Below, piece after piece: positions 52,101 through 64,000 of a stretch of DNA of 64,000 bases. The first letter of the stretch is position 1. The number at the start of each line of letters is the position of its first letter. The notes below the pieces were generated by a model. That model worked only from the letters and a program-made list of their open reading frames with translations, had not been told where the DNA came from and did no database searches. The position numbers and the translations under genes were made by a program. The stretch is from Eledone cirrhosa (lineage: Eukaryota), in the NCBI GenBank assembly GCA_964016885.1, contig OZ024758.1, positions 34,534,001 through 34,598,000 on the forward strand, in the 5' to 3' direction.

Positions 52101-53949
52101 GAATTCATTTAAGTTCATGGTATTAGCTGTCAGAAGTAACTCCACTGTTGGTGAGAATTCATTTAAGTTCATGGTATTAGCTGACAGAAGTCACTCCACT
52201 GTTGGTGAGAATTCATTTAAGTTCATGGTACTAGCTGTCAGAAGTAACTCCAATGTTGGTGAGTATTCATTTAAATTCATGGTATTAGCTGTCAGAAGTA
52301 ACTCCACTGTTGGTGAGAATTCATTTAAGTTCATGGTATTAGCTGTCAGAAGTAACTCCACTGTTGGTGAGAATTCATTTAAGTTCATGGTATTAGCTGT
52401 CAGAAGTAACTCCACTGTTGGTGAGAATTCATTTAAGTTCATGGTACTAGCTGTCAGAAGTAACTCCAATGTTGGTGATAATTCATTTAAGTTCATGGTA
52501 TTAGCTGTCAGAAGTAACTCCACTGTTGGTGAGTATTCATTTAAGTCATGGTATTAGCTGTCAGAAGTAACTCCACTGTTGGTGAGAATTCATTTAAGTT
52601 CATGGTATTAGCTGTCAGAAGTAACTCCACTGTTGGTGAGAATTCATTTAAGTCATGGTATTAGCTGTCAGAAGTAACTCCACTGTTGGTGAGAATTCAT
52701 TTAAGTTCATGGTATTAGCTGTCAGAAGTAACTCCACTGTTGGTGAGAATTCATTTAAGTTCATGGTATTAGCTGTCAGAAGTAACTCCACTGTTGGTGA
52801 GAATTCATTTAAGTTCATGGTATTAGTTTGTCAGAAGTAACTCCACTGTTGGTGAGAATTCATTTAAGTTCATGGTATTAGCTGTCAGAAGGAACGCCAC
52901 TGTTGGTGAGAATTCATTTAAGTTCATGGTATTAGCTGTCAGAAGTAACTCCACTGTTGGTGAGAATTCATTTAAGTTCATGCTACTAGCTGTCAGAAGT
53001 AACTCCTATGTTGGTGAGAATTCATTTAAGTTCATGGTATTAGCTGTCAGAAGGAACTCCACTGTTGCTGAGAATTCATTTAAGTTCATGGTATTAGCTG
53101 TCAGAAGTAACTCCACTGTTGGTGAGAATTCATTTAAGTTCATGGTGCTAGCTGTCAGAAGTAACTCCACTGTTGGTGCGAATTCATTTAAGTTCATGGT
53201 ATTAGCTGTCAGAAGTAACTCCACTGTTGGTGAGAATTCATTTAAGTTCATGGTATTAGCTGACAGAAGTCACTCCACTGTTGGTGAGAATTCATTTAAG
53301 TTCATGGTACTAGCTGTCAGAAGTAACTCCAATGTTGGTGAGAATTCATTTAAATTCATGGTATTAGCTGTCAGAAGTAACTCCACTGTTGGTGAGAATT
53401 CATTTAAGTTCATGGTATTAGCTGTCAGAAGTAACTCCACTGTTGGTGAGAATTCATTTAAGTTCATGGTATTAGCTGTCAGAAGTAACTCCACTGTTGG
53501 TGAGAATTCATTTAAGTTCATGGTACTAGCTGTCAGAAGTAACTCCAATGTTGGTGATAATTCATTTAAGTTCATGGTATTAGCTGTCAGAAGTAACTCC
53601 ACTGTTGGTGAGTATTCATTTAAGTCATGGTATTAGCTGTCAGAAGTAACTCCACTGTTGGTGAGAATTCATTTAAGTTCATGGTATTAGCTGTCAGAAG
53701 TAACTCCACTGTTGGTGAGAATTCATTTAAGTCATGGTATTAGCTGTCAGAAGTAACTCCACTGTTGGTGAGAATTCATTTAAGTTCATGGTATTAGCTG
53801 TCAGAAGTAACTCCACTGTTGGTGAGAATTCATTTAAGTTCATGGTATTAGCTGTCAGAAGTAACTCCACTGTTGGTGAGAATTCATTTAAGTTCATGGT
53901 ATTAGTTTGTCAGAAGTAACTCCACTGTTGGTGAGAATTCATTTAAGTC
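51793..53949. repeat. Tandem duplication of 1079 bp (20 monomers)
   Basis: GGTGCGAATT occurs at 52100/53179, and the GGTGATAATT and GAGTATTC variants repeat at the same 1079-bp offset. Confidence 0.9.
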
Positions 53950-54271
53950 ATGGTATTAGTTGTCAGAAGTAACTCCAATGTTGGTGAGAATTCATTTAAG
54001 TTCATGGTACTAGCTGTCAGAAGTAACTCCACTGTTGGTGAGAATTCATTTAAGTTCATGGTATTAGCTGTCAGAAGTAACTCCACTGTTGGTGAGAATT
54101 CATTTAAGTCATGGTACTGGCTGTCAGAAGTAACTCCAATGTTGGTGAGAATTCATTTAAGTTCATGGTATTAGCTGTCAGAAGTAACTCCACTGTTGGT
54201 GAGAATTCATTTAAGTTCATGGTATTAGCTGTCAGAAGTAACTCCACTGTTGGTGAGAATTCATTTAAGTC

Positions 54272-57200
54272 ATGGTATTAGCTGTCAGAAGTAACTCCAA
54301 TGTTGGTGAGAATTCATTTAAGTTCATGGTATTAGCTGTCAGAAGTCACTCCACTGTTGGTGAGAATTCATTTAAGTTCATGGTACTAGCTGTCAGAAGT
54401 AACCCCAATGTTGGTGAGAATTCATTTAAGTTCATGGTATTAGCTGTCAGAAGTAACTCCACTGTTGGTGAGAATTCATTTAAGTTCATGGTACTAGCTG
54501 TCAGAAGTAACCCCAATGTTGGTGAGAATTCATTTAAGTTCATGGTATTAGCTGTCAGAAGTAACTCCACTGTTGGTGAGAATTCATTTAAGTTCATGGT
54601 ACTAGCTGTCAGAAGTCACTCCACTGTTGGTGAGAATACATTTAAGTTCATGGTACTAGCTGTCAGAAGTAACCCCAATGTTGGTGAGAATTCATTTAAG
54701 TTCATGGTACTAGCTGTCAGAAGTAACTCCACTGTTGGTGAGAATTCATTTAAGTTCATGGTATTAGCTGTCAGAAGTCACTCCAATGTTGGTGAGAATT
54801 CATTTAAGTTCATGGTATTAGCTGTCAGAAGTCACTCCACTGTTGGTGAGAATTCATTTAAGTTCATGGTACTAGCTGTCAGAAGTAACCCCAATGTTGG
54901 TGAGAATTCATTTAAGTTCATGGTATTAGCTGTCAGAAGTCACTCCAATGTTGGTGAGAATTCATTTAAGTTCATGGTATTAGCTGTCAGAAGTAACTCC
55001 ACTGTTGGTGAGAATTCATTTAAGTTCATGGTATTAGCTGTCAGAAGTAACTCCACTGTTGGTGAGAATTCATTTAAGTTCATGGTATTAGCTGTCAGAA
55101 GTAACTCCACTGTTGGTGAGAATTCATTTAAGTCATGGTATTAGCTGTCAGAAGTAACTCCAATGTTGGTGAGAATTCATTTAAGTTCATGGTATTAGCT
55201 GTCAGAAGTCACTCCACTGTTGGTGAGAATTCATTTAAGTTCATGGTACTAGCTGTCAGAAGTAACCCCAATTTTGCTGAGAATTCATTTAAGTTCATGG
55301 TATTAGCTGTCAGAAGTCACTCCAATGTTGGTGAGAATTCATTTAAGTTCATGGTATTAGCTGTCAGAAGTAACTCCACTGTTGGTGAGAATTCATTTAA
55401 GTTCATGGTATTAGCTGTCAGAAGTAACTCCACTGTTGGTGAGAATTCATTTAAGTTCATGGTATTAGCTGTCAGAAGTAACTCCACTGTTGGTGAGAAT
55501 TCATTTAAGTTCATGGTATTAGCTGTCAGAAGGAACTCCAATGTTGGTGAGAATTCATTTAAGTCATGGTACTAGCTGTCAGAAGTAACTCCACTGTTGG
55601 TGAGAATTCATTTAAGTTCATGGTATTAGCTGTCAGAAGGAACTCCACTGTTGGTGAGAATTCATTTAAGTTCATGGTATTAGCTGTCAGAAGTCACTCC
55701 AATGTTGGTGAGAATTCATTTAAGTTCATGGTATTAGCTGTCAGAAGTAACTCCACTGTTGGTGAGAATTCATTTAAGTTCATGGTATTAGCTGTCAGAA
55801 GTAACTCCACTGTTGGTGAGAATTCATTTAAGTTCATGGTATTAGCTGTCAGAAGTAACTCCACTGTTGGTGAGAATTCATTTAAGTTCATGGTATTAGC
55901 TGTCAGAAGGAACTCCAATGTTGGTGAGAATTCATTTAAGTCATGGTACTAGCTGTCAGAAGTAACTCCACTGTTGGTGAGAATTCATTTAAGTTCATGG
56001 TATTAGCTGTCAGAAGGAACTCCACTGTTGGTGAGAATTCATTTAAGTTCATGGTATTAGCTGTCAGAAGTAACTCCACTGTTGGTGAGAATTCATTTAA
56101 GTTCATGGTATTAGCTGTCAGAAGTAACTGCACCGTTGGTGAGAATTCATTTAAGTTCATGGTACTAGCTGTCAGAAGTAACTCCAATGTTGGTGAGAAT
56201 TCATTTAAGTTCATGGTATTACCTGTCAGAAGTAACTCCACTGTTGGTGAGAATTCATTTAAGTTCATGGTATTAGCTGTCAGAAGTAACTCCACTGTTG
56301 GTAAGAATTCATTTAAGTTCATGGTATTAGCTGTCAGAAGTAACTCCACTGTTGGTGAGAATTCATTTAAGTTCATGGTATTAGCTGTCAGAAGGAACGC
56401 CACTGTTGGTGAGAATTCATTTAAGTTCATGGTATTAGCTGTCAGAAGTAACTCCACTGTTGGTGAGAATTCATTTAAGTTCAGGGTACTAGCTGTCAGA
56501 AGTAACTCCACTGTTGGTGAGAATTCATTTAAGTTCATGGTATTAGCTGTCAGAAGTCACTCCAATGTTGGTGAGAATTCATTTAAGTTCATGGTATTAG
56601 CTGTCAGAAGTAACTCCAATGTTGGTGAGAATTCATTTAAGTTCATGGTATTAGCTGTCAGAAGTAACTCCACTGTTGGTGAGAATTCATTTAAGTTCAT
56701 GGTATTAGCTGTCAGAAGTAACTCCACTGTTGGTGAGAATTCATTTAAGTTCATGGTATTAGCTGTCAGAAGGAACTCCAATGTTGGTGAGAATTCATTT
56801 AAGTCATGGTACTAGCTGTCAGAAGTAACTCCACTGTTGGTGAGAATTCATTTAAGTTCATGGTATTAGCTGTCAGAAGGAACTCCACTGTTGGTGAGAA
56901 TTCATTTAAGTTCATGGTATTAGCTGTCAGAAGTAACTCGACTGTTGGTGAGAATTCATTTAAGTTCATGGTATTAGCTGTCAGAAGTAACTGCACCGTT
57001 GGTGAGAATTCATTTAAGTTCATGGTACTAGCTGTCAGAAGTAACTCCAATGTTGGTGAGAATTCATTTAAGTTCAAGGTATTAGCTGTCAGAAGTAACT
57101 CCACTGTTGGTGAGAATTCATTTAAGTTCATGGTATTAGCTGTCAGAAGTAACTCCACTGTTGGTGAGAATTCATTTAAGTTCATGGTATTAGCTGTCAG

Positions 57201-60200
57201 AAGTAACTCCACTGTTGGTGAGAATTCATTTACGTTCATGGTACTAGCTGTCAGAAGTAACTCCAATGTTGGTGAGAATTCATTTAAGTTCATGGTATTA
57301 GCTGTCAGAAGTAACTCCACTGTTGGTGAGAATTCATTTAAGTCATGGTATTAGCTGTCAGAAGTAACTCCACTGTTGGTGAGAATTCATTTAAGTTCAT
57401 GGTATTAGCTGTCAGAAGTAACTCCACTGTTGGTGAGAATTCATTTAAGTTCATGGTACTAGCTGTCAGAAGTAACTCCAATGTTGGTGAGAATTCATTT
57501 AAGTTCATGGTATTAGCTGTCAGAAGTAACTCCACTGTTGGTGAGAATTCATTTAAGTCATGGTATTAGCTGTCAGAAGTAACTCCACTGTTGGTGAGAA
57601 TTCATTTAAGTTCATGGTATTAGCTGTCAGAAGTAACTCCACTGTTGGTGAGAATTCATTTAAGTTCATGGTATTAGCTGTCAGAAGTAACTCCACTGTT
57701 GGTGAGAATTCATTTAAGTTCATGGTATTAGTTTGTCAGAAGTAACTCCACTGTTGGTGAGAATTCATTTAAGTCATGGTATTAGTTGTCAGAAGTAACT
57801 CCAATGTTGGTGAGAATTCATTTAAGTTCATGGTACTAGCTGTCAGAAGTAACTCCACTGTTGGTGAGAATTCATTTAAGTTCATGGTAATAGCTGTCAG
57901 AAGTAACTCCACTGTTGGTGAGAATTCATTTAAGTCATGGTATTAGCTGTCAGAAGTAACTCCAATGTTGGTGAGAATTCATTTAAGTCATGGTACTAGC
58001 TGTCAGAAGTAACTCCAATGTTGGTGAGAATTTATTTAAGTTCATGGTATTAGCTGTCAGAAGTAACTCCACTGTTGGTGAGAATTCATTTAAGTTCATG
58101 GTATTAGCTGTCAGAAGTAACTCCACTGTTGGTGAGAATTCATTTAAGTCATGGTATTAGCTGTCAGAAGTAACTCCAATGTTGGTGAGAATTCATTTAA
58201 GTTCATGGTATTAGCTGTCAGAAGTCACTCCACTGTTGGTGAGAATTCATTTAAGTTCATGGTACTAGCTGTCAGAAGTAACCCCAATGTTGGTGAGAAT
58301 TCATTTAAGTTCATGGTATTAGCTGTCAGAAGTCACTCCAATGTTGGTGAGAATTCATTTAAGTTCATGGTATTAGCTGTCAGAAGTAACTCCACTGTTG
58401 GTGAGAATTCATTTAAGTTCATGGTATTAGCTGTCAGAAGTAACTCCACTGTTGGTGAGAATTCATTTAAGTTCATGGTATTAGCTGTCAGAAGTAACTC
58501 CACTGTTGGTGAGAATTCATTTAAGTCATGGTATTAGCTGTCAGAAGTAACTCCAATGTTGGTGAGAATTCATTTAAGTTCATGGTATTAGCTGTCAGAA
58601 GTCACTCCACTGTTGGTGAGAATTCATTTAAGTTCATGGTACTAGCTGTCAGAAGTAACCCCAATTTTGCTGAGAATTCATTTAAGTTCATGGTATTAGC
58701 TGTCAGAAGTCACTCCAATGTTGGTGAGAATTCATTTAAGTTCATGGTATTAGCTGTCAGAAGTAACTCCACTGTTGGTGAGAATTCATTTAAGTTCATG
58801 GTATTAGCTGTCAGAAGTAACTCCACTGTTGGTGAGAATTCATTTAAGTTCATGGTATTAGCTGTCAGAAGTAACTCCACTGTTGGTGAGAATTCATTTA
58901 AGTTCATGGTATTAGCTGTCAGAAGGAACTCCAATGTTGGTGAGAATTCATTTAAGTCATGGTACTAGCTGTCAGAAGTAACTCCACTGTTGGTGAGAAT
59001 TCATTTAAGTTCATGGTATTAGCTGTCAGAAGGAACTCCACTGTTGGTGAGAATTCATTTAAGTTCATGGTATTAGCTGTCAGAAGTCACTCCAATGTTG
59101 GTGAGAATTCATTTAAGTTCATGGTATTAGCTGTCAGAAGTAACTCCACTGTTGGTGAGAATTCATTTAAGTTCATGGTATTAGCTGTCAGAAGTAACTC
59201 CACTGTTGGTGAGAATTCATTTAAGTTCATGGTATTAGCTGTCAGAAGTAACTCCACTGTTGGTGAGAATTCATTTAAGTTCATGGTATTAGCTGTCAGA
59301 AGGAACTCCAATGTTGGTGAGAATTCATTTAAGTCATGGTACTAGCTGTCAGAAGTAACTCCACTGTTGGTGAGAATTCATTTAAGTTCATGGTATTAGC
59401 TGTCAGAAGGAACTCCACTGTTGGTGAGAATTCATTTAAGTTCATGGTATTAGCTGTCAGAAGTAACTCCACTGTTGGTGAGAATTCATTTAAGTTCATG
59501 GTATTAGCTGTCAGAAGTAACTCCACTGTTGGTGAGAATTCATTTAAGTTCATGGTATTAGTTTGTCAGAAGTAACTCCACTGTTGGTGAGAATTCATTT
59601 AAGTCATGGTATTAGTTGTCAGAAGTAACTCCAATGTTGGTGAGAATTCATTTAAGTTCATGGTACTAGCTGTCAGAAGTAACTCCACTGTTGGTGAGAA
59701 TTCATTTAAGTTCATGGTAATAGCTGTCAGAAGTAACTCCACTGTTGGTGAGAATTCATTTAAGTCATGGTATTAGCTGTCAGAAGTAACTCCAATGTTG
59801 GTGAGAATTCATTTAAGTCATGGTACTATCTGTCAGAAGTAACTCCAATGTTGGTGAGAATTCATTTAAGTTCATGGTATTAGCTGTCAGAAGTAACTCC
59901 ACTGTTGGTGAGAATTCATTTAAGTTCATGGTATTAGCTGTCAGAAGTAACTCCACTGTTGGTGAGAATTCATTTAAGTCATGGTATTAGCTGTCAGAAG
60001 TAACTCCAATGTTGGTGAGAATTCATTTAAGTTCATGGTATTAGCTGTCAGAAGTCACTCCACTGTTGGTGAGAATTCATTTAAGTTCATGGTACTAGCT
60101 GTCAGAAGTAACCCCAATGTTGGTGAGAATTCATTTAAGTTCATGGTATTAGCTGTCAGAAGTCACTCCAATGTTGGTGAGAATTCATTTAAGTTCATGG

Positions 60201-63200
60201 TATTAGCTGTCAGAAGTAACTCCACTGTTGGTGAGAATTCATTTAAGTTCATGGTATTAGCTGTCAGAAGTAACTCCACTGTTGGTGAGAATTCATTTAA
60301 GTTCATGGTATTAGCTGTCAGAAGTAACTCCACTGTTGGTGAGAATTCATTTAAGTCATGGTATTAGCTGTCAGAAGTAACTCCAATGTTGGTGAGAATT
60401 CATTTAAGTTCATGGTATTAGCTGTCAGAAGTCACTCCACTGTTGGTGAGAATTCATTTAAGTTCATGGTACTAGCTGTCAGAAGTAACCCCAATTTTGC
60501 TGAGAATTCATTTAAGTTCATGGTATTAGCTGTCAGAAGTCACTCCAATGTTGGTGAGAATTCATTTAAGTTCATGGTATTAGCTGTCAGAAGTAACTCC
60601 ACTGTTGGTGAGAATTCATTTAAGTTCATGGTATTAGCTGTCAGAAGTAATTCCACTGTTGGTGAGAATTCATTTAAGTTCATGGTATTAGCTGTCAGAA
60701 GTAACTCCACTGTTGGTGAGAATTCATTTAAGTTCATGGTATTAGCTGTCAGAAGGAACTCCAATGTTGGTGAGAATTCATTTAAGTCATGGTACTAGCT
60801 GTCAGAAGTAACTCCACTGTTGGTGAGAATTCATTTAAGTTCATGGTATTAGCTGTCAGAAGGAACTCCACTGTTGGTGAGAATTCATTTAAGTTCATGG
60901 TATTAGCTGTCAGAAGTCACTCCAATGTTGGTGAGAATTCATTTAAGTTCATGGTATTAGCTGTCAGAAGTAACTCCACTGTTGGTGAGAATTCATTTAA
61001 GTTCATGGTATTAGCTGTCAGAAGTAACTCCACTGTTGGTGAGAATTCATTTAAGTTCATGGTATTAGCTGTCAGAAGTAACTCCACTGTTGGTGAGAAT
61101 TCATTTAAGTTCATGGTATTAGCTGTCAGAAGGAACTCCAATGTTGGTGAGAATTCATTTAAGTCATGGTACTAGCTGTCAGAAGTAACTCCACTGTTGG
61201 TGAGAATTCATTTAAGTTCATGGTATTAGCTGTCAGAAGGAACTCCACTGTTGGTGAGAATTCATTTAAGTTCATGGTATTAGCTGTCAGAAGTAACTCG
61301 ACTGTTGGTGAGAATTCATTTAAGTTCATGGTATTAGCTGTCAGAAGTAACTGCACCGTTGGTGAGAATTCATTTAAGTTCATGGTACTAGCTGTCAGAA
61401 GTAACTCCAATGTTGGTGAGAATTCATTTAAGTTCAAGGTATTAGCTGTCAGAAGTAACTCCACTGTTGGTGAGAATTCATTTAAGTTCATGGTATTAGC
61501 TGTCAGAAGTAACTCCACTGTTGGTGAGAATTCATTTAAGTTCATGGTATTAGCTGTCAGAAGTAACTCCACTGTTGGTGAGAATTCATTTACGTTCATG
61601 GTACTAGCTGTCAGAAGTAACTCCAATGTTGGTGAGAATTCATTTAAGTTCATGGTATTAGCTGTCAGAAGTAACTCCACTGTTGGTGAGAATTCATTTA
61701 AGTCATGGTATTAGCTGTCAGAAGTAACTCCACTGTTGGTGAGAATTCATTTAAGTTCATGGTATTAGCTGTCAGAAGTAACTCCACTGTTGGTGAGAAT
61801 TCATTTAAGTTCATGGTACTAGCTGTCAGAAGTAACTCCAATGTTGGTGAGAATTCATTTAAGTTCATGGTATTAGCTGTCAGAAGTAACTCCACTGTTG
61901 GTGAGAATTCATTTAAGTCATGGTATTAGCTGTCAGAAGTAACTCCACTGTTGGTGAGAATTCATTTAAGTTCATGGTATTAGCTGTCAGAAGTAACTCC
62001 ACTGTTGGTGAGAATTCATTTAAGTTCATGGTATTAGCTGTCAGAAGTAACTCCACTGTTGGTGAGAATTCATTTAAGTTCATGGTATTAGTTTGTCAGA
62101 AGTAACTCCACTGTTGGTGAGAATTCATTTAAGTCATGGTATTAGTTGTCAGAAGTAACTCCAATGTTGGTGAGAATTCATTTAAGTTCATGGTACTAGC
62201 TGTCAGAAGTAACTCCACTGTTGGTGAGAATTCATTTAAGTTCATGGTACTAGCTGTCAGAAGTAACTCCACTGTTGGTGAGAATTCATTTAAGTCATGG
62301 TATTAGCTGTCAGAAGTAACTCCAATGTTGGTGAGAATTCATTTAAGTCATGGTACTAGCTGTCAGAAGTAACTCCAAAGTTGGTGAGAATTCATTTAAG
62401 TTCATGGTATTAGCTGTCAGAAGTAACTCCACTGTTGGTGAGAATTCATTTAAGTTCATGGTATTAGCTGTCAGAAGTAACTCCACTGTTGGTGAGAATT
62501 CATTTAAGTCATGGTATTAGCTGTCAGAAGTAACTCCAATGTTGGTGAGAATTCATTTAAGTTCATGGTATTAGCTGTCAGAAGTCACTCCACTGTTGGT
62601 GAGAATTCATTTAAGTTCATGGTACTAGCTGTCAGAAGTAACCCCAATGTTGGTGAGAATTCATTTAAGTTCATGGTATTAGCTGTCAGAAGTCACTCCA
62701 ATGTTGGTGAGAATTCATTTAAGTTCATGGTATTAGCTGTCAGAAGTAACTCCACTGTTGGTAAGAATTCATTTAAGTTCATGGTATTAGCTGTCAGAAG
62801 TAACTCCACTGTTGGTGAGAATTCATTTAAGTTCATGGTACTAGCTGTCAGAAGTAACCCCAATGTTGGTGAGAATTCATTTAAGTTCATGGTATTAGCT
62901 GTCAGAAGTAACTCCACTGTTGGTGAGAATTCATTTAAGTTCATGGTACTAGCTGTCAGAAGTAACTCCAATGTTGGTGAGAATTCATTTAAGTTCATGG
63001 TATTAGCTGTCAGAAGGAAATCCACTGTTGCTGAGAATTCATTTAAGTTCATGGTATTAGCTGTCAGAAGTAACTCCACTGTTGGTGAGAATTCATTTAA
63101 GTTCATGGTACTAGCTGTCAGAAGTAACTCCACTGTTGGTGAGAATTCATTTAAGTTCATGGTATTAGCTGTCAGAAGTCACTCCATTGTTGGTGAGAAT

Positions 63201-64000
63201 TCATTTAAGTTAATGGTATTAGCTGTCAGAAGTCACTCCACTGTTGGTGAGAATTCATTTAAGTTCATGGTACTAGCTGTCAGAAGTAACCCCAATGTTG
63301 GTGAGAATTCATTTAAGTTCATGGTATTAGCTGTCAGAAGTCACTCCAATGTTGGTGAGAATTCATTTAAGTTCATGGTATTAACTGTCAGAAGTAACTC
63401 CACTGTTGGTGAGAATTCATTTAAGTTCATGGTATTAGCTGTCAGAAGTAACCCCACTGTTGGTGAGAATTCATTTAAGTTCATGGTATTAGCTGTCAGA
63501 AGTAACTCCACTGTTGGTGAGAATTCATTTAAGTCATGGTATTAGCTGTCAGAAGTAACTCCAATGTTGGTGAGAATTCATTTAAGTTCATGGTATTAAC
63601 TGTCAGAAGTCACTCCACTGTTGGTGAGAATTCATTTAAGTTCATGGTACTAGCTGTCAGAAGTAACCCCAATGTTGGTGAGAATTCATTTAAGTTCATG
63701 GTATTAGCTGTCAGAAGTCACTCCAATGTTGGTGAGAATTCATTTAAGTTCATGGTATTAGCTGTCAGAAGTAACTCCACTGTTGGTGAGAATTCATTTA
63801 AGTTCATGGTATTAGCTGTCAGAAGTAACTCCACTGTTGGTGAGAATTCATTTAAGTTCATGGTATTAGCTGTCAGAAGTAACTCCACTGTTGGTGAGAA
63901 TTCATTTAAGTTCATGGTATTAGCTGTCAGAAGTCACTCCAATGTTGGTGAGAATTCATTTAAGTCATGGTACTAGCTGTCAGAAGTAACTCCACTGTTG
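54272..64000. repeat. Distal sub-domain with its own higher-order units (1830, 3393 and 4360-bp offsets; 377-bp 7-mer)
   Basis: CCCCAATTTTGCTG occurs only at ~55273, 58666 and 60496. CTCGAC, TTCAAGG and TTTACGTTC occur only near 56940-57233 and 61300-61593. Landmarks 57745/59575 and 58151/59981 are offset by 1830 bp. Confidence 0.85.

Larger units (their letters stand above)
1..64000. repeat. 54-bp tandem satellite DNA array (~1,190 monomers, single orientation, continues past both window edges)
   Basis: The consensus ATGGTATTAGCTGTCAGAAGTAACTCCACTGTTGGTGAGAATTCATTTAAGTTC repeats head-to-tail throughout. ATG-to-ATG spacing is 54 bp, or 53 bp with the AAGTTC>AAGTC deletion, or 55 bp with the AGCTG>AGTTTG change. 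Common variants are T7C, C29A, T21G and A22C (numbered from the ATG). Copy number is estimated as 64000 divided by ~53.8. Confidence 0.99.

Noticed and set aside
33-63976. All ORFs in the six-frame track as real CDS (repeat protein, adhesin or mucin-like)
   Set aside because: They are translations of the 54-bp unit on both strands. Starts and ends are set by recurrent 1-bp indels, and there are no unique domains, intergenic DNA or synonymous bias.
1-64000. CRISPR array or another repeat-spacer or cassette system
   Set aside because: There are no unique spacers, since the entire unit is repeated with only point variants. No leader, cas or recombinase gene is present.
1-64000. CENP-B box, telomeric repeat, rDNA/5S/tRNA tandem array
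   Set aside because: The consensus has no TTCG....A..CGGG motif and no TTAGGG-type repeat. The 54-bp unit is too short for these RNA genes and does not resemble them.
1-64000. Absence of CpG in the consensus as evidence of methylation-driven decay or a vertebrate origin
   Set aside because: With 8 C and 12 G in 54 bp only about 2 CpG are expected, so zero is not informative.
1-64000. Synthetic concatemer, rolling-circle amplification or pure assembly artefact
   Set aside because: Variants are hierarchically shared, ordered and position-restricted, as expected from real duplication history rather than random error. Local mis-assembly cannot be excluded without reads.

Overview
The whole 64-kb window is one uninterrupted head-to-tail tandem array (satellite DNA) of a 54-bp monomer. 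The consensus is ATGGTATTAGCTGTCAGAAGTAACTCCACTGTTGGTGAGAATTCATTTAAGTTC (20/54 G+C, one EcoRI site, no CpG), with roughly 1,190 copies all in one orientation. I see no unique sequence, inversion, transposon, RNA gene or credible protein gene. Every ORF in the track arises because the 54-bp (18-codon) unit lacks stops in one frame on each strand, and these ORFs are cut by recurrent 1-bp indels. Monomers differ from consensus by about 0-3 changes. These variants work as barcodes that reveal a layered higher-order structure. It includes a residual 4-mer periodicity, two recurrent multi-monomer cassettes, many local tandem duplications (378 bp to about 3.9 kb, including a 3 x 3126-bp 58-mer), a ~13.6-13.9-kb block duplication and spatially restricted variant domains. 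The most likely context is a eukaryotic (peri)centromeric or heterochromatic satellite, which is inference. I cannot name the organism or the satellite family, and I found no support for a novel gene system.
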